Positions 56,777-64,000 of a stretch of 64,000 nucleotides of DNA are shown in pieces. How positions within the stretch are numbered: position 1 is the first letter of the stretch; each line of letters opens with the position of its first letter. Position numbers and translations under genes: made by a program. Source of the DNA: the human T2T-CHM13v2.0 reference genome, Homo sapiens. The DNA is taken from the NCBI RefSeq assembly GCF_009914755.1, contig NC_060947.1. The stretch is one strand, 5' to 3'. The notes under the pieces are model-generated. The model saw nothing but the letters and a program-made list of their open reading frames with translations. It was not told the origin of the DNA and made no database searches.

Positions 56777-58689
56777 AGATAATGTTTTCCTTTATGGAAT
56801 CAAGGTTGATACGTAGAGCCAATAAAAGCCCCTTGGGAAAACTGACCTCATACCTTGTCAACACGGTCCCTATACAGGGTTCCCAACATGTGGTGAGTAA
56901 AGAGTGTCACTTTCTAACAGGCCAACGAGCCCCATGTCCTTGGTACCTCAAGAAGAGAGGAATTTACCCAACTCATAGGTATTTGAGGGTACAAACCCAT
57001 GGTTTGGCTAGGCTTTAAAATGTCTTATCTGAGATTCCTTGTGGAATAGAGTTCCATCAAAGCCATTTTAAAAAGCCTATGTAAAAATAATTATTCTTGC
57101 TGCACTTTATGCAAATAATCTGGCCAAGTATAAGACTAAATTTTATTTTGCAAACAATTCAGTCCTGCTATGATTTGTTTTTCATAAAATGAGGACCAGA
57201 AAGACAAAAATTATGTTTCAAAGCTCATCATACATTTGTCACTAAATTCTAATCTTATTGATTGTTTTTTAAGTTTTTGTCTACATTAGACTAACTCTGC
57301 TTATTCCTGTGAACCAACCAGCGATCTCTGGCTGCAGCTCAGAAGAAACAAAACGGATAGGTAACATAAAAAATCTGGATCAATGTTTTAATTCTGAACA
57401 ATTACCTTGCAAATTTTGTCAGATGATAGGAGTAAATAAGGTTCCCATTACCCAGAGGTTTCTTTATTTGGGAAAATAAGACCAAGGGAGCTAAACAAAA
57501 CCAAGCCCCATGCACCCAAATCTTAGCAGGCATAACTATAGCCACCAGTTATCTGGGCATGTCAGCAGCCTTGGGATTTTTTATCTATCTTTACCCCCTT
57601 GTTTCATTTTGATATATGTCTTCTAATAACCTGAATTGTTTCTTCTCACTTAGAGGCCAATAAACTTCAAATGGTGATGCAAATGAAATCATGCATGGAC
57701 ATGCCATTCTTCTGGGGAACCTTAAACCTATCTCAGGAGAAGCCCTAACTGCCACTTTCCCAAAACAGCGACCCCTGTATGCAGGAAGCAGTTAAGAGTG
57801 GTCATCATCCACTTTCCCCAACAGCAGTCGGGGTCTCCACTCCTGAAGGGGGTAATAAAAAGAGTTAGCTAGCTTGCTTTAGGCAGACAGTAAGGGAAAG
57901 TTTTCCCAGAGAACCTCTGACTTGGCCCACAAGTGTTTACCCCAGATGTTTTGTGCAGATAAGGGAACTTGCACAGGGGGCTTGCCTAAACATTCCCCTA
58001 GTGAAAAATTTTATTCTTTAACGCATGCTCAGTAAGAAAAATAAATCAACATGGAGTAGCTCAGACTCAGGGCCTGCTTGTGCACTGGAAGGATGGGGTG
58101 GAGACACCGGGAATTTGCATCTTATACAAATAGGGAACCCAGCCCCATCAGCTTGGCTATATAGGAGCTCTTGTATTCAAATGTGAACAGGGCAACCAGC
58201 AACCTCCTTTCAGGACCTCTTTTTTGCTGATAACTTTTCTTTTTGCTTAATATATTTTACTCCACTCACTCTTCAATGTCCATCTGCCTATTTCTTCCTG
58301 GTCATGAGACAAGAACCCAGATCTAGCTGAGATAAGGAGCAAAAAATCCTACATCAAATCCAGTAAAGTTTCTTATTGTGGGTAATTTACTTGACATACA
58401 AATGCTGTCAAAAGCATCAACACAGCTATTTGAATAGCAATATTATCTCATGGTTGATTTGAAAGTGAATTCTCACCAGTAAATACAGAAATTCAAACTT
58501 AGTTCATCTATATATATATCCACTCACTCAAACTTGAAAGACTTAGAATAAGGAATGATCTTTCAAGTGGTCTGTGAGTCAGAAGAATGTTAGTTTGGAG
58601 ATAATTTGTCTACATGCTTTGTTGCAAGTAATGTACATTTTGTAAAAAAAAAATCAGTGTTTTGGCTTCAACAAAAGGTTTTATTTAAG

Positions 58690-59500
58690 TAAAGCATGTA
58701 TTCAAAAACTACAAAAATCTCAAGGGCACAGTTCTATGTAATCTTGATATGAAACTACATAACTATTATCCAGTTTAAAAATTAATATTTTTAGTATTCT
58801 GGAAGATATATTCATGTTCCTTTCTAAATGTTCTTTTCACCTTATATTCCAATGGGAATCATTATCCTGAACCCTAAAAGGTGAGAATTTTGCTGAGTTT
58901 GAATTTAATGCAAACATGTAATTTTGTTTCTGGAATTTTTCACTCAGTATAATACTGAAACTCATTTATGTTGTCATCATGTGTAGCAGTAGTTCATATA
59001 ATTTTACTAACTGACATTTTATGCAATGAATATACCAATACTTACTGTACTGTTAGCACACATTTGTTTTTTTCCATTTTGTGAATGGTTTACTTTATGC
59101 TTATTTTAACATTCTTGACCCATTTTTGGCAAAAACGTGTGCTCATTTTTGTCAGGTACTTATGCAAAAGTAGAATTATTTAATCTCAGGTATGCATATC
59201 TACTGTTTTAGCAGTTAATACTAAAGACTTCCAAAGTAATTGTAAAAATTTAAATGCATGTCATCAGTGTATAAGAGCATTTATTTCCTATGTCCTCTCT
59301 GAAACTTGGCATTATTGGTCTAATTAAATTTTATTTGCACCATTTTGGTGTGTATGTAGTGGTATATTGTATTTTCAATTATAATTCATTTTATTACTAA
59401 TAAATTTATATTCAAATATTTGTTTCCTTTGGAGCATCATATTTTGTAAAATGTCTTTTCATGTATCTTTGATAATATTTTTATTGGATTGTCTTTTTCT
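58690..59500 (-). mobile_element. Old L1M 3' region
   Basis: Degenerate antisense 3' ORF2/UTR ('tgtgtagcagtagttcat', 'aaagtagaattattt', 'acttggcattatt'). Confidence 0.6.
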
Positions 59501-59519
59501 GTTTTTATGACTTATTCAA

Positions 59520-59815
59520 TTTTTTTTTTTTTGAGATGGAGTTTCACTCTTGTCGCCCAGGCTGGAGTGCAGTGGCACAATCTTGGCCCACTGCAACCTC
59601 TGACTCCTGGGTTCAAGTGATTCTCCTACCTCAGCTTCCAGAGTAACTGGGATTACAAGCACCTGCCACCACGCCTGGCAAATTTTTATATTTTTAGTAG
59701 AGATGGGGTTTCACCATGTTGGCCAGGCTTGTCTCGAACTCCTGACCTCAGATGATCCACTTGCCTCGGCTTCCCAAAGTGCTGGGATTACAGGCATGAG
59801 CCACTGTTCCCAGCC
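59520..59815 (-). mobile_element. AluS (Sq/Sp-like)
   Basis: polyT plus 'gagatggagtttcactcttgtcgcccaggc...gagccactgttcccagcc'. Confidence 0.93.
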
Positions 59816-61815
59816 AATATTTTTAAGTTGACAAACATTTGTGAGACTTGTTTTCTGAACTAAGATATGACCTATCCTGAAGAATAGTCTGTGTATGTCT
59901 GAAAATAATGCGTATTCTTCCCCTGTTGGGTGGAATGTTCTGTGTGTCTGTTAGGTTAATTTGGTCTAAAGTATTGTTCAAGTCCAATGTTTCCTTATTG
60001 ATTTTCTGTCTGAATGATCTTTCCATTGTTGAAAGTGGGGTTTTAAATTCCCCTACTGTTATTTTATTGCAGTCTCTCTCTGTTTTCAGATCTATTTATA
60101 CTTGCTATATATATTCAGAGACTCTGGTGTTTGGTGCAAATATATTTACAAGTGTTATATCCTTTTGATGAATTGACACCTTTATCATAATGTAATGATA
60201 GTCTTCGGCTCTTTTTCCAGTTTTTTACTTAAAGTCTATTTTATCTGTTATAACTATAGATAACCCTGCTCTCTTTTGGTTTCTATTTGCATAAAATATC
60301 TGTTTTCATTCCTTCACTTTCAATCTACATGTGTCCTTAATTGCGAATTGGGTCTCTTGTAGGCAACATACAGCTGTATTCTTCCCTCCTTTCTTTTTCT
60401 TTCTTTCTTTCTTTTTCTTTCTTTCTGTCTTTCTTTCTCTCTTCTCTTTCTTTTATTTTCCTTCCTTCCTTCTTTCCTTCCTTCCTTCCTTCCTTCCTTT
60501 CTTTCTTTTTTCTTTCTCTTTCTTTCTCTCTCTTTCTTCCCATTCAGCCACTCTATTTATTTTGATTAAAGAATTTAATCCACTTAAATTCTAATCATTA
60601 TTGATAGATAAGAACTTACTCCTGCTATCTCAAGAATCACTTTCTGGTAAATTTGTAGATTCTTTGTTTCTTTCTTCCTCTCTTGCTGTCCTTGTGATTA
60701 GATTATTTTCTGTAGTGGTATTCATTGATTCTTCACTTTTCAATTTTTTGTGTATCTACTATGGTTTTTTTGCTTTGTGGTTACCTTGTGGCTTACATAA
60801 AACATCTTATAGTTATAACAAGATATTTTAAGTGATTAACAATGTAACTTGGATTCTGGCTTGCTTTGCCAGTGGGTATAGTGACTGAGGCATGGGAACT
60901 CTCAGTGCAGCCATAGAGCCTTGAGGACAGATACACAGAGAGCTATAATGGCTCCAGTGTCCATGGCATGGTCTGGCTCTCCATGGTGACTGAATTGGTT
61001 TCTGGAACACAGGTGTATGCAGAGGCAACTTGGCTTAGGTTCCAGCAGTATGCACTCCCTCACTATGAGCATGACTCTGGCACCTAAGGCATAGGTGCAT
61101 ACAGCACAACTACAGAGACAAGGTCCAGAACTTGAGTGTGCTCTTAGATAGAGAAGAACTCCAGCTTCTGGAGCATGAGTGAGGTCTCTATGAGTAATCT
61201 TGTGCCTGCAGCTTGGTTTCACAAAGAGAGATTGTGGCTCTTGGGCCAAGGGTGCCATCTATGGCAGTGGCTCCAGTGTCTGAGACATGAGAGAGTGCCA
61301 CTCATCACAGGGCCAAAATTTGGGGTTTGGACACTCACTGTGTGGCTGCAACTCATGGGTCAGGGACACCCACATAGGGTTGGGAGAGGTGGCTACTAAA
61401 GTCCCTGGGTGTCACAGCAGTGTCTGCTTGTTGAGAAGAATATGAGTCACTTTTCTCTCTGAAAAGTTCCCCAAAAGGAATGCCTCTTGGTTACTACAGT
61501 GACAAAAGATTTTCATGTCCTCTGCTGAGCAGGCTGCTGGGGACCACAAATGTTCTTGCCAAGTGATTGGCAAGATCTAACTTTCTTCTCTGTTCATAGT
61601 CATCTCCAGTGGGCTCAGGTACAGTAGTCTCATCAGTGACATTTTTTGTGCAGATAGTCTTCATTGTTTTACTACACTGTGCTACTGCAGATTCTTAAAT
61701 AATCGTTTGAGTACTTCTGGGATTATTTTCATTTGCAAGTAGCTGTCTATAGCTGTTATTTTGTGTCAGGATAAAAACTTGTATCTCCTACTTCATAATC
61801 TTGGTTATGTCACTC
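59816..61815 (-). mobile_element. Old L1M: ORF2 N-terminus, spacer and 5'UTR-like region
   Basis: ORF 59823-60026 RQKINKETLDLNNTLDQINLTD (EN domain). Contains a CTTT/CCTT tract at 60380-60540. The GC-richer 60850-61815 segment ends 'cataatcttgg'. Confidence 0.7.
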
Positions 61816-61984
61816 TAAGTTGTCTTGGTCTTTTTCTTATTGATGTATGAGAATTTATGTAGTGGGTAATACCTTTATTGATATGTGAGTTCTATATTAA
61901 TGTTATTTACAGAAATAAATATATATATGTAGTCAATACTGTTATTTGTGATGTTTAAATATTACCTTCATTAATTTTTAAGAA

Positions 61985-62246
61985 GTTAACTTTTTATTCT
62001 ATAAGTTTTAAATTTCCCCCAAATTATGAAGATATCAGAGTCCCCATATATTTTGTATCCACTTTCCTCTATTGAGCATATCTTAAATTAGTATGATATA
62101 TTTGCTATAATTAGTAAATCAGTATTGATATGTCTAACTAAAGTCTACAGTTTATTCAGAATTGCTCTATTTTTATCATATTTTTTTTGTTGTAGAATTT
62201 TGTCCGGGGTACCACATTACATATATTCAACATGTCTCTTGGACTC
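61985..62246 (-). mobile_element. L1MC-like 3' end
   Basis: 'cagagtccccatata...tattgagcatatcttaaattagtatg...aactaaagtctacagtttattcaga...taccacattaca'. Confidence 0.65.
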
Positions 62247-63610
62247 TGTATTATTCCATTCTCACATTGCTTTAAAGAAATATCTGAGACTGGGTAATTT
62301 ATAAAGAAAACAGATTTCATTGGCTCATGGTTCTGCAGGCTGTACAGGAAGCATGGCTGGGGAGGCCTCAGAAGACTTATAATCATAATGGAAGGCAAAG
62401 GGGAAGCAGGAACATTTTACATTGCTAAAGCAAGAGGAAAAGAGAGAGAGTGGAGGTGCTGTACACTTTTAAACAACCAGATCTTGTGATAAAACACTCG
62501 ATATCATGAGAACAGGACCTAAGAAGAAATCCACCCCACCACGCATCAGGCCCCACTTCCAACATTGGGGATTACAATTTGACATGAGGTACAAGTGGAG
62601 ATGCAGACATAAACCATATAATTCTGCTCTTGGCCCCTCCAAAATCTCATGTTCTTCTCAAATTGCAAAATACAACCATGACTTTCCAACAGTCTCCCAA
62701 AGTCTTAACTCATTTTAGCATTAACTCAAAAGTTCAAAGTCCAAAGTTTCATCTGAGACAAGCACAGTCCCTTCAATCTGTAAGCCTACAAAACCAAAAA
62801 CAAGTGAGCTACTTCCAAGATACAATGGGAGTATAGGCATTGAGTAAGTATTCTTTTTCCAGTGACTTTCCTGTTGTGGCAAGGCAGTTATTAAATCTTA
62901 AAGCTCCAGAATAATCACTTTTGACTTCATGCCTCATATCCAAGGTACATGATGCAACAGGTAGGCTCCCAAGGCCTTGAGCAGCTCTGCCCCTGTGGCT
63001 CTGCAGGGCTCTGGCCCCACAGCTGCTCTCATGGGTTGGCATTGAGTGCCTGTGGCTTTTTCAGGTGCACTGTGCAAGCTGCCAGTGTAGCTACCATTCT
63101 GGGGACTGAATGACAGTGGCTTTTTTCTCACAGCTCCTTTTGGCAGTGCCCCAGTAGGAACTCTGTGTGGGGGCTCCAACCCCACATTTTTCCTCTGTGC
63201 TGCCCTAGTAGAGATTCTCCATAAGGGATCCACCACTGCAGCAAGCTTCTGCCTGGGCATCTAGGGTTTTCCATATATCCTCTGAAATCTAGAGAGAGAC
63301 TCCCAAACCTCAATTCTTGATGTCTGTGCACTCACAGGCTCAACACCCCATGGAAGCTTGGGTCTTGCACCCTCTGAAGCCATGGCCTAAGCTGTACCTT
63401 GGCCCCTTTTAGCCACTGCTAGAGCTGAAATGGCTGGGATGCAGGACATCATGTCCCTAGGCTAGACAGATCAGTGAGAACCATGGGCTAGGCTCATGAA
63501 ATAATTCTTCTCTCCTAACCCTCTTGGCCTGTGATGTGACGGGCTGCTGCATAGGTCTCTGAAGTGCCTTTGAGGCCTTGTTCCCATTGTCTTAGCTATT
63601 AACAGTTGAC
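62247..63610 (-). mobile_element. MSTA-like MaLR: LTR (62247-62621) plus internal sequence
   Basis: LTR tgtattattccattctcacattgct...aaaccatataa, then antisense PPT ttctgctcttggcccc and MaLR-int motifs (LEPPHRVPTGALP). Confidence 0.9.
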
Positions 63611-63795
63611 TCTAACTGGTGTGAGATGATATCTCATAGTGGTTTTGATTTGCATTTCTCTGATGGCCAGTGATGATGAGCATTTTTTCATGTGTTTTTT
63701 GGCTGCATAAATGTCTTCTATTCACAATAGCAAAGACTTGGAACCAACCCAAATGTCCAACAATGATAGACTGGATTAAGAAAATGGGGCACATA
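63611..63795 (+). mobile_element. Short 5'-inverted L1PA (twin-primed), interrupted by L1HS
   Basis: Antisense ORF2 at 63611-63719, then sense ORF2 at 63718-63795 with 'ct' microhomology. Confidence 0.85.
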
Positions 63796-64000
63796 GGGGA
63801 GGAGCCAAGATGGCCGAATAGGAACAGCTCCGGTCTACAGCTCCCAGCGTGAGCGACGCAGAAGACAGGTGATTTCTGCATTTCCATCTGAGGTACCGGG
63901 TTCATCACACTAGGGAGTGCCAGACAGTGGGCGCAGGCCAGTGTGTGTGCGCACCATGCGCGAGCCGAAGCAGGGCGAGGCATTGCCTCACCTGGGAAGC
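63796..64000 (+). mobile_element. 5' end of young L1HS-type element (runs off window)
   Basis: ggggaggagccaagatggccgaatagg... with L1HS-type 'ggccagtgtgtgtgcgcacc' and 'cctcacctgggaagc'; most CpGs retained. Confidence 0.9.
63796..64000 (+). promoter_or_regulatory. L1 internal Pol II promoter with intact YY1 site
   Basis: CAAGATGGCCG at ~63806-63816 within a CpG-rich 5'UTR. Confidence 0.75.

Larger units (their letters stand above)
51457..58356 (+). mobile_element. MER4-group ERV1 provirus (MER66-like LTRs, non-coding internal sequence)
   Basis: Two homologous LTRs: 5' at 51457-~51742 (3' half deleted) and 3' at 57856-58356 (ends catca). PPT gaagggggtaa precedes the 3' LTR. TSD aagc/aatc. 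No gag/pol/env ORFs. Confidence 0.85.

Noticed and set aside
63612-63983. 123-aa minus-strand ORF
   Set aside because: Chance read-through of antisense L1 5'UTR and ORF2 fragments. It is not ORF0, which would lie beyond the window edge.

Overview
AT-rich, repeat-dominated primate DNA, most likely human because an L1HS-type 5'UTR starts at the right edge. It looks like a gene desert or a large intron. I found no host protein-coding gene, RNA gene or CRISPR array, and every long ORF in the track is LINE-1-derived or low-complexity. The window holds a near full-length L1PA7/8 with an open antisense ORF0-like frame; a twin-primed (5'-inverted) L1PA3 with a 3' transduction inside a perfect 16-bp TSD; several L1MA/L1M/L1PB blocks; MaLR and ERV1 solo LTRs; a two-LTR MER4-group ERV1 containing an Alu that in turn contains an HML-2 LTR5; MIR, L2 and Tigger relics; and the 5' end of a young L1HS nested in another inverted L1. 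Less expected features are a mismatch-free 35-bp inverted repeat with a 22-bp duplication inside an old LTR, other template-switch scars, and a few candidate micro-exons. I see no convincing new biological system. Subfamily names come from recalled consensus features, not from a database search.
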